Part shown: piece by piece, positions 47,960 through 56,723 of the stretch
Numbering within the stretch: position 1 is the stretch's first letter
Layout of the letters: the number at the start of each line of letters is the position of its first letter
Position numbers and translations under genes: made by a program
The notes under the pieces: model-generated
What the model was told of the DNA's origin: nothing
Seen by the model: the letters and a program-made list of their open reading frames with translations, nothing else
Databases searched by the model: none
NCBI GenBank assembly: GCA_963663945.1
Contig: OY760687.1
Location: forward strand, 2,516,555-2,580,554
Direction of reading: 5' to 3'
Length of the DNA stretch: 64,000 nt
Origin: Dehalococcoidia bacterium
Lineage (GTDB): Bacteria > Chloroflexota > Dehalococcoidia > Lucifugimonadales > UBA3495

Positions 47960-48583
47960 TCACGGTGAGCGTTTCACCCAACGATTTCCAAGTGACCAAA
48001 TACGATCGCCCTGCCAACTCCACACGACACTTGCCGCCACCGCCGCCACCATACTCGCTACAAACGCCACCGTGCCTCCCCAGGGGAACAACCAGGTGGT
48101 CCCGACGATCACGAACAGGGCGGCCACAGCGACAAGCCAGAAAATAGTGCGCCTCCAAATACGCCGGTTGAACCTCCGGTCTGCGGCGCGCACGATCTCC
48201 TCGACCTCCTCCGGTGTCGCGTCGTCCCAGCGGGCCATCTGGGCGTTCATGTGGCGGATACGCCGCCGGATGGCAATGGACCCGCAAACGAGCATGCTGC
48301 AGCAGACGGCGCACATCAGCACGATGGACGCCAGAAACCCGATCTCGAACCACCATTCCCCAGCGGGCAGCCAGGCGGCGCGACCCACGAGCAACGCCCG
48401 CGTTATTACCAGCGCCAGCATGGCCCCGGCCAGCGAGCAGCCGATGGCGAACAGCGTGGGCTCCCGGACCCAAAGGCCAAACCATTTGACGTATCCTTCT
48501 GGATCCGCCGAAGGCTCTGCGTCCTCGAATGGATCCGCATAGCGCCGCATTCGACGCAGATGGGACAAGTCGCGGTCAATCAT
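47960..48583 (-). CDS. Hypothetical membrane protein (about 4 TM), family not recognised
   Basis: ORF 47960-48685, which overlaps the gcvPA 3' end. Start placed at ATG 48583 (MIDRDLSHLRRMRRYADPFED...). Two hydrophobic hairpins are separated by an Arg-rich cytoplasmic loop. G+C content is similar to its neighbours. Confidence 0.5.
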   Translation of the reverse strand: MIDRDLSHLRRMRRYADPFEDAEPSADPEGYVKWFGLWVREPTLFAIGCSLAGAMLALVITRALLVGRAAWLPAGEWWFEIGFLASIVLMCAVCCSMLVCGSIAIRRRIRHMNAQMARWDDATPEEVEEIVRAADRRFNRRIWRRTIFWLVAVAALFVIVGTTWLFPWGGTVAFVASMVAAVAASVVWSWQGDRIWSLGNRWVKRSP

Positions 48584-48659
48584 GGCGAATCGCTGGTTTC
48601 GTTGGAGCCTGGCGTGCCGGCCCGTGTCCGTCGCCGGATCGGGCCCAAGCCGATTGCTT

Positions 48660-49985
48660 CTACTTCGCCGACGCCAACGCGCCAACCAGCAGGTCGATGT
48701 CCTCGCGCGAATTCATCTCGGTCACACAGAGGAGCATGCCGTTTTCGAAACGGTCGCTCACGTCCAGACCGCCCAGTATGTTGTGCTCCATGAGCCGGTG
48801 GTTGATCTTTGCCGGAGCATCGGGGCAGTTGACCACAAACTCCTGGAAGAACTCTCCCGACTGGGGCAGGGAATATCCATCCAGGCCGGCGATGGCTGAG
48901 GCCGCGTAGTGCGCCTTGTGGTAGCACAGCTCGGCGACCTGGCGCAGGCCGTGCCGTCCCATCGCGGCCAGGTAGATCGTCGACGCCAGGGCGTACAGGG
49001 CCTCGTTGGTGCAGATGTTGGACGTGGCCCGCTCCCGGCGGATGTGCTGCTCACGGGTCTGCAGGGTCAGGACGTAGCCGGTGCGGCCCTGGGTGTCAGT
49101 GGTGCGGCCCACCAGCCGGCTGGGCATCTGGCGGATGTACTGCTGTTTGCAACTGAACAGACCCAGGTACGGACCGCCGAAGGAGGGCGGGATGCCGATG
49201 GGCTGGCCTTCACCGGTCACAATGTCCGCGCCGAAATCTCCCGGGGGCTTGAGCATCCCCATGGCCAGCGGGTCCGCCGACACCACCAGCAATGCCCCAT
49301 CGTCGTGGGCAGTGGATGCCAGGTCGGCAAGATCGTCGAGCCCGCCGTAGAAGTTGGGATACTGCGCAACCACGCCAGCGGTTGCTTCCGTGACGCTGGC
49401 GCCGATATCCACCGTCGGGACGATGTCGATGGCGATCCCCTGGGCCTGGCAATAGGTGGCGATCACCTGGCGATAGGCCGGGGCAACACTGTCGCTCACC
49501 ACAACCTGTTGGCGGCGGGTGACCCGGCAGGCCATCAGTACCGCCTCGGCGAGGCTGGTAGCGCCGTCGTACATGCCGGCGTTGGCCACCTCCATCCCGT
49601 AGAGGGAGCTGATCATCGTCTGGAACTCGAAGATGACCTGCAGGGTGCCCTGGGACACCTCCGGCTGGTAGGGGGTGTACGCGGTCAGAAATTCCCCGCG
49701 CGTCATGACCGCTTTCACTATGGACGGGATGAAATGGTAGTAGCTGCCGGCGCCCAGGAAGGACGGGCCACTGGCCAGCGGCCGATTTCGCCCGGCCATT
49801 CCGCCGAGTTCCCGCTGGATCTCCAACTCCGACATGGGGTCGGGGATCCTGAGAGGCGGGTTCCGGTAATCGTCCGGTATGTCGGCAAACAGCTCATCGA
49901 CGCTGCTCAGGCCCACCGCGGCCAACAGGTCGTCCTGCTCGGCGATGGTGTTGGGGATGTAGTGCGATTGAAAATTCGTGACCAT
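48660..49985 (-). CDS. gcvPA: Glycine dehydrogenase (decarboxylating) subunit 1
   Basis: MVTNFQSHYIPNTIAEQDDLLAAVGLSSVDELFADIP...SFLGAGSYYHFIPS...TAYTPYQPEVSQGTLQ... is the canonical GcvPA pattern. Confidence 0.9.
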   Translation of the reverse strand: MVTNFQSHYIPNTIAEQDDLLAAVGLSSVDELFADIPDDYRNPPLRIPDPMSELEIQRELGGMAGRNRPLASGPSFLGAGSYYHFIPSIVKAVMTRGEFLTAYTPYQPEVSQGTLQVIFEFQTMISSLYGMEVANAGMYDGATSLAEAVLMACRVTRRQQVVVSDSVAPAYRQVIATYCQAQGIAIDIVPTVDIGASVTEATAGVVAQYPNFYGGLDDLADLASTAHDDGALLVVSADPLAMGMLKPPGDFGADIVTGEGQPIGIPPSFGGPYLGLFSCKQQYIRQMPSRLVGRTTDTQGRTGYVLTLQTREQHIRRERATSNICTNEALYALASTIYLAAMGRHGLRQVAELCYHKAHYAASAIAGLDGYSLPQSGEFFQEFVVNCPDAPAKINHRLMEHNILGGLDVSDRFENGMLLCVTEMNSREDIDLLVGALASAK

Positions 49986-50103
49986 TCGGGGTTGCTCCGT
50001 TTGGCGGATAGTTGGCTAACTCAGCGTTTGCGCAGCGCGCATGGGAAGCTCGAAATGGGTCGTCGCAGTCTTCAGACCGGATGACCAATGCTAGTATGAA
50101 CGT

Positions 50104-51291
50104 TCAGGCCAGCACCCGGTAGCGATAGCTCGATTCCATGAGATCGTCCTCCGCAAAGCGGTTAAACCGCAGCGGCGAGAGATCCACGTCGCGGGCCTTG
50201 CCCTCAGCCACCAGTTCGGCTACCGCCTTTCCGATGGCGGGGGATAGTTTGAAACCGTGCCCGCTGAAACCGACGGCGCAGAACAGGCCCTCGACGCCGG
50301 GGATGCTGTCCAAAATGGGATGCCAGTCCGGAGTTGTCGTGAACAGGCCGGACCATCCACCCCGGTAATACGAGTCGGACATACCGGGAATGCGGCGGGC
50401 CAGTTTCGCCCGCGCCGAGGCGGCAGAATGCAAATCGATGCCCTGGGGATATGCCTCAGGATCCGATTGCTCCTCGTCGTCACCGAATCCCATGGTGGTG
50501 AAGTTGGCGCCGTCAGGGCGAAAGGAGAAGGACTGGCTGATGTCGCCAACGGTGGGATGCTGCGGAACGAGTTCGACCGGCCGGGCCACGGTGGCGACCT
50601 GATGCCGCACCGGAAGCAACGGCACATCCACCCCGACGTCCGCCAACACCCGTTTGGACCAGGGGCCAGCCGCAACAATCACGGTGTTCGTGGCTATGCG
50701 ATCGCCGGCCTCGGTAACCACGGCGCGCACTTGACCGGAGCCGGTTTCGATCCCCGATGCGGGATTGCGAGAGGCAATCACGGCCCCGGCCTCACGAGCG
50801 CGGGCGGCGTATGACACCGTGGTCTGGTACGGGTCGGCGTAACCGGATTCGGGTTCCCAGCCGGCGCTTTCATCGTCGTACAGCGTTACCATGGGAGCCA
50901 ACCGCGCCAAGTCCTCCTGGGACACGACCGAGGTGGGCACCCCGAGTTCCTGGTGCATGGCAACGTTGCGTTCCAAACCTCCCAGATCCGCTTCATCGAC
51001 CACCACCAGGTAGCCGGTCCGCACGAAGCCGGAGTTCCCGCCCACCCGCGCGTCGAAGTCGGAGAAGACCTGCAGGCTTTGCCAGGCCAACTGGGTGGTA
51101 ACGCGGTTGGAGTAGTGCATCCGGCAAATGGCCTGAGAGCGGCCCGTGCTGCCCGAGGCAATGACGTCGCGCTCCAGCAGAACCGTGTTGGGGATTCCCA
51201 GCTGCGCCAGGTGATACTGGATGGCGCAACCGATGACGCCGCCGCCGATGATCACCGCGTCGGCTACGTTGGGTAGGCTGTTACTGGTCAA
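50104..51291 (-). CDS. FAD-dependent oxidoreductase, DAO family (sarcosine oxidase beta / glycine-D-amino-acid oxidase-like)
   Basis: Dinucleotide fold DAVIIGGGVIGCAIQYHLAQLG...LLER, then ...GFSGHGFKLSPAIG... near the C-terminus. Confidence 0.8.
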   Translation of the reverse strand: MTSNSLPNVADAVIIGGGVIGCAIQYHLAQLGIPNTVLLERDVIASGSTGRSQAICRMHYSNRVTTQLAWQSLQVFSDFDARVGGNSGFVRTGYLVVVDEADLGGLERNVAMHQELGVPTSVVSQEDLARLAPMVTLYDDESAGWEPESGYADPYQTTVSYAARAREAGAVIASRNPASGIETGSGQVRAVVTEAGDRIATNTVIVAAGPWSKRVLADVGVDVPLLPVRHQVATVARPVELVPQHPTVGDISQSFSFRPDGANFTTMGFGDDEEQSDPEAYPQGIDLHSAASARAKLARRIPGMSDSYYRGGWSGLFTTTPDWHPILDSIPGVEGLFCAVGFSGHGFKLSPAIGKAVAELVAEGKARDVDLSPLRFNRFAEDDLMESSYRYRVLA

Positions 51292-51703
51292 TGCCTTTCC
51301 ACGACATGACGCGGTTCACGTCGATCTCGATGGCCACCAGCTTCTGGTCGCCTTCGGCCAGGTCGGCGGCATCCTGCTCGCCTCGTTCCTCTCCTTCGTA
51401 CCTGGAGAAGATCCGGCGTACCGCGTCCTTGAGGTTATCGCTGCGTACCGTGGCGTCGCCCTCGAGTATGACGTACTGATACGGCCACTCGTCGGTTGCG
51501 ACCGACAACGTCACCTTGGGGTTACGGCGCACGTTCCTGGTCTTGACCGCCGCGTCGCCGGAAACCACGGTGACTTTGCCGTCTTCCCATTGGTACCATA
51601 CCGGCGAAACGTGGGGGGAACCATCCTCTCGGATCGAGGCGAAGTGGGCAACGTGCGGGCCGGCAAGGTAGGCGTCAATTTCCTGTGGCGTCAGTCGCGG
51701 CAT
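51281..51703 (-). CDS. Pyridoxamine 5'-phosphate oxidase family (PPOX class, probably F420-dependent) protein
   Basis: 140 aa. ...HVAHFASIREDGSPHVSPVWYQWEDGKV...RNVRRNPKVTLSV... Split-barrel PPOX pattern. Overlaps the downstream gene by 11 nt. Confidence 0.75.
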   Translation of the reverse strand: MPRLTPQEIDAYLAGPHVAHFASIREDGSPHVSPVWYQWEDGKVTVVSGDAAVKTRNVRRNPKVTLSVATDEWPYQYVILEGDATVRSDNLKDAVRRIFSRYEGEERGEQDAADLAEGDQKLVAIEIDVNRVMSWKGIDQ

Positions 51704-51915
51704 CAGTACCTCTGATTACGGCCGGCAACCTCGCACGGACGATTGCGTGCGTGGTCTTGGGGTGCGAGTATCATACCATAACCGGTAGCCAGCCCAGGAT
51801 CGGAACAGCGTTCCCATGCCAAATTTACCCGTGAAATTCAGGTTTCAGAAAGACCCCATTTTTGACATTGAACTCCAGGGATAGTGGCTGCCGCACATCG
51901 GCAGCCTACGCCCTG

Positions 51916-51924
51916 TGGTACAAT
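51916..51924 (+). promoter_or_regulatory. Candidate extended -10 promoter (TGgTACAAT) for the MFS gene
   Basis: TG at 51916-51917 and TACAAT at 51919-51924, about 140 nt upstream of the ATG at 52065. I found no good -35. Confidence 0.3.
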
Positions 51925-52064
51925 CCGGCCGCACGGCGGGGCGCGGGTATTCTACCGCGCCCTTAAGTTACGCTGGCTTATCGCACCACCCCAATAATGG
52001 CATTCAGCAACCCATCCCACCCGTCCGAGGCGCAGCGTCTCCAAAGAGCCAGAGGCCGCGGCTG

Positions 52065-53474
52065 ATGCGCCGGCCCAGGATCTTCTACGGGTGGTGGATC
52101 GTCATCGTCAGCCTCGTTGCCGACGGGATGAAACACGGCAGTTTCAACCGCGGATTTACCGTTCTCTACGTTCCAATAGAGACGGACGTCATTTTCCCCA
52201 AGAGCGTTCTGGGATTCAGTCCGCAATCAAGGACGATGCTCGGACTGGCGGAAGGCCTGGGCAGATTCATGGGCGGTGTGCAGGGTCCGCTCATGGGATA
52301 TTGCACCGACCGGTTTGGGCCGCGCGTCATGCTCGCGTTCGGCGGGTTGATGTCCGGCCTGGGGTTCATTCTGCTGGCGCGCACCACCAACTTCTGGTGG
52401 TTCCTGCTGGTGTTTGTGATCTTCCTGTCCGTGGGGTTCCGGTCGGGCTACAACAACGCGTCGATAGCGGCCGTGAACAACTGGTTCCGGCGACGGCGCG
52501 GGTTGGCGATGTCAGTGGTCAGCATGGGCAACGGCCTGGGCGGAGCGTCCGCCTACCTCGTCGGCCTGCTGGTTTTCATGGTGGGATGGCGCGACGCCTG
52601 CACCATCCTTGGCGTTGCCATCCTGGCGGTGGTCATACCATTGTCGTACTTCCTGCGCCGCTCTCCCGAGGACATGGGTCAACTGCCCGACGGAGACCCG
52701 CCCGAACTGGCCGAGCCCAACCCGTCGGATCGGAGCGCGGCAACACGCCGGCGTCCTGCGAACGGCGGAGATACCGACTTCACGGCCCGCGAGGCGATGC
52801 GCACGCCCTCGTACTGGCTGCTGGTGATGTCCACGGGTTTCCGCAACATCGTCCACGCCGGCGCCTCGTTCCTGATGGCCCCGATGATCATCTGGTTCAT
52901 GGAGGCCGGAATGCCGGTGGACCCGGCATCGGAACAGGGCCAGAGGAACATCATCTTCGCCGCCGCGTTCGTGAGCGCGTTTTCCTTTGCAAACATGGTG
53001 TTCAACCCATGCATGGGCTGGATCGGCGACAAGGTGGACCGGCGCAAGCTCAGCGCCCTGTGCATGCTCGCCGGAGCGGCGGCGCTGGCGTCGCTGCTCA
53101 CTCAGAGCGGGGAGATGTGGCAGATTGTATTGTTCGTCCTGTTGCTGGCCTTCGCCGAAAGCGCAAACCCCCTGAACTGGGCCATCATGGGCGACTTCTT
53201 TGGACGACGAGCCTACGCTACCCTGCGCGGGTGGCAGCATCTGCCCGACCAATTGGCCTCCATGTGGACTGCCATGTGGATGGGCGCGATTTACGACTAC
53301 ACCAACAGTTTCTACTGGGCGCTGTTCCCGCTGGTGGTGCTGTACATCGCGGCGGCCATCGGCTACTGGTTCCTGCCGCGGCCCCCGCTTCCCAGGCGCT
53401 TGCAATTGCAGCAGGAACGCAGCCCTCGCCGACGCAACCCGGCGGTGGGCGCGGCGCCGGAGCCCGCTGACTAA
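52065..53474 (+). CDS. MFS transporter (12 TMS type)
   Basis: ORF 51915-53474, start placed at ATG 52065 (MRRPRIFYGWWIVIVSLVADG...). It has an N-terminus of the type I associate with oxalate/formate-antiporter-like MFS proteins, followed by repeated TM helices. Confidence 0.8.
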   Translation: MRRPRIFYGWWIVIVSLVADGMKHGSFNRGFTVLYVPIETDVIFPKSVLGFSPQSRTMLGLAEGLGRFMGGVQGPLMGYCTDRFGPRVMLAFGGLMSGLGFILLARTTNFWWFLLVFVIFLSVGFRSGYNNASIAAVNNWFRRRRGLAMSVVSMGNGLGGASAYLVGLLVFMVGWRDACTILGVAILAVVIPLSYFLRRSPEDMGQLPDGDPPELAEPNPSDRSAATRRRPANGGDTDFTAREAMRTPSYWLLVMSTGFRNIVHAGASFLMAPMIIWFMEAGMPVDPASEQGQRNIIFAAAFVSAFSFANMVFNPCMGWIGDKVDRRKLSALCMLAGAAALASLLTQSGEMWQIVLFVLLLAFAESANPLNWAIMGDFFGRRAYATLRGWQHLPDQLASMWTAMWMGAIYDYTNSFYWALFPLVVLYIAAAIGYWFLPRPPLPRRLQLQQERSPRRRNPAVGAAPEPAD

Positions 53475-53534
53475 TATTCGATGAGGGTGGTTGGCATCCC
53501 ATGTTGGCATCGCGCATCGATCCGACCATGAACG

Positions 53535-54878
53535 GTGTCTGGTCAGGGGTCTGACTACGGCGTTGCAATGGCTGATAGTGCAACCACGGTTGATCTGCTG
53601 GCTCGCCTGTTAAGCGCCGACCTGTCGTTCCAGACTCCGGCTCGGCTCGCCCATCCCCTGTACGCGCTGCACCCGTTCGCCGCCCGCTTCCCGTACGGCC
53701 TGCCCGGGTATTTCATCAATGCCCTTACGGAACCCGGAGACACGGTGCTGGACCCCATGTCCGGCTCGGGCATCACGCTGCTGGAAGGGTGGGCCGCCGG
53801 CCGGTCCGTCATCGGCGTGGATCTGGACCCGTTGGCCAGACGGCAAGCGAGAGCCCGCACTACGGCACTGGACGGCACAGAGGTCAGGGAGGCTGGCCTG
53901 GCGGCCCTCCGGAAGACGGAAGAGCTCATCGAGGGTCTGGGTACACACCGGGATCCGTTGGAAACCGTCAAGGCAGATATGGATGCGCCGACGCGGGAAT
54001 TCCTCGACTACTGGTTCTTCCCGGAAACGCAACGCGAACTGGCCTGCCTCACGCTGGCAATCCGGGACGAGCCTGATCCAGACCTTCGCAATCTGCTGGA
54101 AGTGATTTTCTCGTCCACGATCGTCACCAAATCCGGCGGCGTGTCCCGGGCCAGGGATTTGGCTCACACCCGGCCGCATCGCGTGTCCGACAAGGTTCCC
54201 AGGAGCGCCATCCAGCTGTTTGGAAACCTGGTTGGACGGGCTGCCGACGCTTATGCCGGCGTCGACCGCAACGCGGTGGGCGACCGCCAGATCGTAGACG
54301 GCGATGCGCGCGCGTTGCCGCTGCCGGATTGCAGCGTGGATCTGATAGTGACGTCGCCGCCCTACGCCAACGCGCTCGACTACATGAGAGCGCACAAGTT
54401 CTCGCTGGCGTGGCTGGGCGACCCCATCCCTTCGCTCACCAAATTGCGAAGAGAGTACATCGGATCCGAATCCGCCGGTAGCCAGGTAACGACCGCTTCG
54501 GCGGGTCAACTACCGGATTCGGTCGAATCCGTAGTGCAGCGCGTTGGCGCGGCTGATACCACGAAATCCCGCGTGCTTAGACGGTACTTCACTGATATGG
54601 CAGTATCGATCTCGGAGATGCACCGGGTACTGCGGCCCGGGTCGGCAACGATAATCGTGGTTGGAGCGTCCACGATGCGAGGGATACTGGTGGCCACCCA
54701 CGAATGCCTGGCTGACCTGGCCACAGCAGCGGGATTTGAGCTGGTGGGCGTGGTCCCGCGCAACCTTGACCGTGACCGGCGGATGATGCCGGCGCGCAAT
54801 TTCGGACGTGCCGCCGGCGCCACGAGCATCGAGCTGCGGATGCATACCGAGTACATAATCGGCGCCGTCAAACCCTGA
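53535..54878 (+). CDS. DNA methyltransferase (N4-cytosine or N6-adenine), SPPY catalytic motif, alpha-type motif order
   Basis: AdoMet-binding block ...HPFAARFPYGLPGYFINALTEPGDTVLDPMSGSGITLLEG... at aa 45-85 (DPMSGSG = nt 53751-53771). Catalytic DLIVTSPPYANALDY at aa 269-283 (SPPY = nt 54354-54365). ...MHRVLRPGSATIIVVG... follows. Start is either GTG 53535 or ATG 53568. Confidence 0.75.
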   Translation: MSGQGSDYGVAMADSATTVDLLARLLSADLSFQTPARLAHPLYALHPFAARFPYGLPGYFINALTEPGDTVLDPMSGSGITLLEGWAAGRSVIGVDLDPLARRQARARTTALDGTEVREAGLAALRKTEELIEGLGTHRDPLETVKADMDAPTREFLDYWFFPETQRELACLTLAIRDEPDPDLRNLLEVIFSSTIVTKSGGVSRARDLAHTRPHRVSDKVPRSAIQLFGNLVGRAADAYAGVDRNAVGDRQIVDGDARALPLPDCSVDLIVTSPPYANALDYMRAHKFSLAWLGDPIPSLTKLRREYIGSESAGSQVTTASAGQLPDSVESVVQRVGAADTTKSRVLRRYFTDMAVSISEMHRVLRPGSATIIVVGASTMRGILVATHECLADLATAAGFELVGVVPRNLDRDRRMMPARNFGRAAGATSIELRMHTEYIIGAVKP

Positions 54879-54992
54879 CGACAGCGGCGAACTGCGCCGC
54901 ATGATCCCATCTCGACGGCCCGGTTGGGGCCCGGCTATCTAGCGTCAAACGGCAACCCGGTTCGCCCCGGCGCGGCTTTCTACCAGATGTTG

Positions 54993-55001
54993 TTATCCAC
55001 G
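54993..55001 (+). promoter_or_regulatory. DnaA-box-like 9-mer TTATCCACG
   Basis: Matches 8 of 9 positions of the TTATCCACA consensus. It is the only such match I found in the 373-bp dnaA upstream region. Confidence 0.4.
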
Positions 55002-55251
55002 GTCGAATGTGGCGCATAGCCTCCGTCAAGCCACGCCCTCGGTCCCATCAAAACGGATATTCCATTGCCGTCGGCGCCGACCCGGCGCAAGATTGGTTTT
55101 CGCCATATGTTTCGTTATGGAGCCAAAACCGGGCGAATTTTTATTTGCGGGCGAAACATTACATCTACGGTTCCGTCTAGCGAGTGCGCGGGCGCCCGTC
55201 TACCATGGTTTGCCATACGCTTATGTTCAGTTGGATTCAGGAAAACGAACG

Positions 55252-56688
55252 ATGCAAGACCGACCCGACCCCGTATCAGCATGGCAAGCAGCCCTCGGCC
55301 GACTCCAGTTGGAAATACCCCAGGAGCAATTCAACACGTTCCTCCGGCCGTGTTCCGGCCTTCGATGGGAGAACGATTGCCTGGTGGTCGGAGCAGCGAC
55401 GACATTTGCCGTGTCGTGGCTCGAATTGCCGCTGCACCTGGAAATGGTGCGGGAGGCAGTCGCCAAAACAACGGGAGCGCAATCAAACGTCCGTTACCTG
55501 GCGATGCCGGCGGGCGCGCAGGATCCGACGCATGCACGCGAACCCTCGGTGCACGCGGTAGTCGCTGAACCGACGAGGCGGCTTCCCGACCTGCTCGATC
55601 CAGACGACGACCAATCGAATCCTGACCCTGTGGAAGCTTGGCCGGCCCGCCAACCCCCCCAGGCAGCAGGGCTCAACCCGCGGTATACCTTTGACAATTT
55701 TGTCGTTGGCGAAAGCAATCAGCTGGCTTATCATGCCGCGCGTGCGGTCAACACCGGTGGGCGGGACGGCGCGCCCGGCTACAACCCGTTGTTGCTTTAC
55801 GCCGGGTCCGGGATGGGGAAGACGCACCTGCTGCACGCCATCGGCAACCTGGCTCTGCAGCAGCGGGTGTCGGTTCGTTATGTCACGTCGGAACAGTTCA
55901 CCAACGAGTTCGTGTCGGCGATCAACCGCCGGGCGATGCCGGAATTTCGCGAACGCTACCGGGGCGTCGACCTGTTGCTCCTGGACGACGTGCAGTTCCT
56001 TGCGGGCAAAGAGCAAACCCAGGAGACCTTGTTCCACACCTTCAACGACCTGCACCAGGCGGGAGCGCAGATCGTGCTGACCAGCGACCGTCCGCCCGAG
56101 ACCATCACGCCGCTGGAAGACCGGTTGCGCTCGCGTTTCCAATGGGGATTGGTGGCCGATATCCGTCCGCCCTCCCTCGAAACGCGGCTGGCAATGCTCC
56201 ACGCCTGGGCTTCGGGCAGCGGATCCGAGGTGCCGTCGTTGGTGCTGGATCTCATCGCGCAACGCGTCAGCCGAAACGTGCGCCAACTTCTGGGCGCGTT
56301 CAACCGGGTGGTGGCCAGCTCACAGCTCCTGAGCGCCCCACTGACCGCAGAAAGCGTAGCCACACAACTGGACGCCATCGTGGGACCGGATGCCCGCGCG
56401 GACGTAACGCCACAGCAGGTGCTGGGCAAGGTGGCCCGTCATTACGGGCTGGCGGCGGAACAGATCCTGGGACGCAATCGCACGGCAGCGGTGGCGCTGG
56501 CGAGACAGGTGACGATGTACCTGCTGGTTTCCGAACTTGGCATGAGCCCCACCGGCGCCGGGCGTTTCCTGGCGGGTCGCAACCACAGCACGGTGATCCA
56601 CGGAGTCGCCCGGGTGCGACAGGCCTTGGACGCCGACACTCGGCTGAGGCATTCGGTCCTGGCAATCACTGAAACCCTAACCGACTGA
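55252..56688 (+). CDS. dnaA: Chromosomal replication initiator protein DnaA
   Basis: ORF 55009-56688, start placed at ATG 55252 (MQDRPDPVSAWQAALGRLQLEIPQEQFNTFLRP...). Contains the AAA+ Walker A (GSGMGKTHLLHAIG) and Walker B (LLLDDVQFL) motifs. The C-terminal DNA-binding domain includes ...RQVTMYLLVSELGMSPTGAGRFLAGRNHSTVIHG... Confidence 0.95.
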   Translation: MQDRPDPVSAWQAALGRLQLEIPQEQFNTFLRPCSGLRWENDCLVVGAATTFAVSWLELPLHLEMVREAVAKTTGAQSNVRYLAMPAGAQDPTHAREPSVHAVVAEPTRRLPDLLDPDDDQSNPDPVEAWPARQPPQAAGLNPRYTFDNFVVGESNQLAYHAARAVNTGGRDGAPGYNPLLLYAGSGMGKTHLLHAIGNLALQQRVSVRYVTSEQFTNEFVSAINRRAMPEFRERYRGVDLLLLDDVQFLAGKEQTQETLFHTFNDLHQAGAQIVLTSDRPPETITPLEDRLRSRFQWGLVADIRPPSLETRLAMLHAWASGSGSEVPSLVLDLIAQRVSRNVRQLLGAFNRVVASSQLLSAPLTAESVATQLDAIVGPDARADVTPQQVLGKVARHYGLAAEQILGRNRTAAVALARQVTMYLLVSELGMSPTGAGRFLAGRNHSTVIHGVARVRQALDADTRLRHSVLAITETLTD

Positions 56689-56723
56689 ACCCTTCACTCC
56701 ACGATCCGACCCTGGAGGCAGAC

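Noticed and set aside
49986-50103. Glycine riboswitch upstream of gcvPA (CCGCCAAACGGAGCAA resembles CACCGAAGGGGCAA), and similarly CACTGGGGCAAG in the gcvPB spacer (47841-47959).
   Set aside because: The GGAGAG and CUCAGGCAAAAGGAC-type elements are missing. In the gcvPA case the motif sits 8 nt from the start codon and more plausibly is just the Shine-Dalgarno region.
55009-55251. N-terminal extensions suggested by the ORF track, such as dnaA from 55009. Others are 51915 for the MFS gene, 13803 for PrpD, 18920 for the hydrolase, 22756 for PP2C, 28757 for the MSOX-like gene, 36490 for cobQ, 47918 for gcvPB, 59630 for the second PrpD and 62405 for the FMN oxidase.
   Set aside because: The extensions are Arg/Pro-rich or low-GC3 sequence with no homology to the family N-termini. 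Internal starts reproduce canonical N-termini and usually have a GGAGG-type ribosome-binding site.
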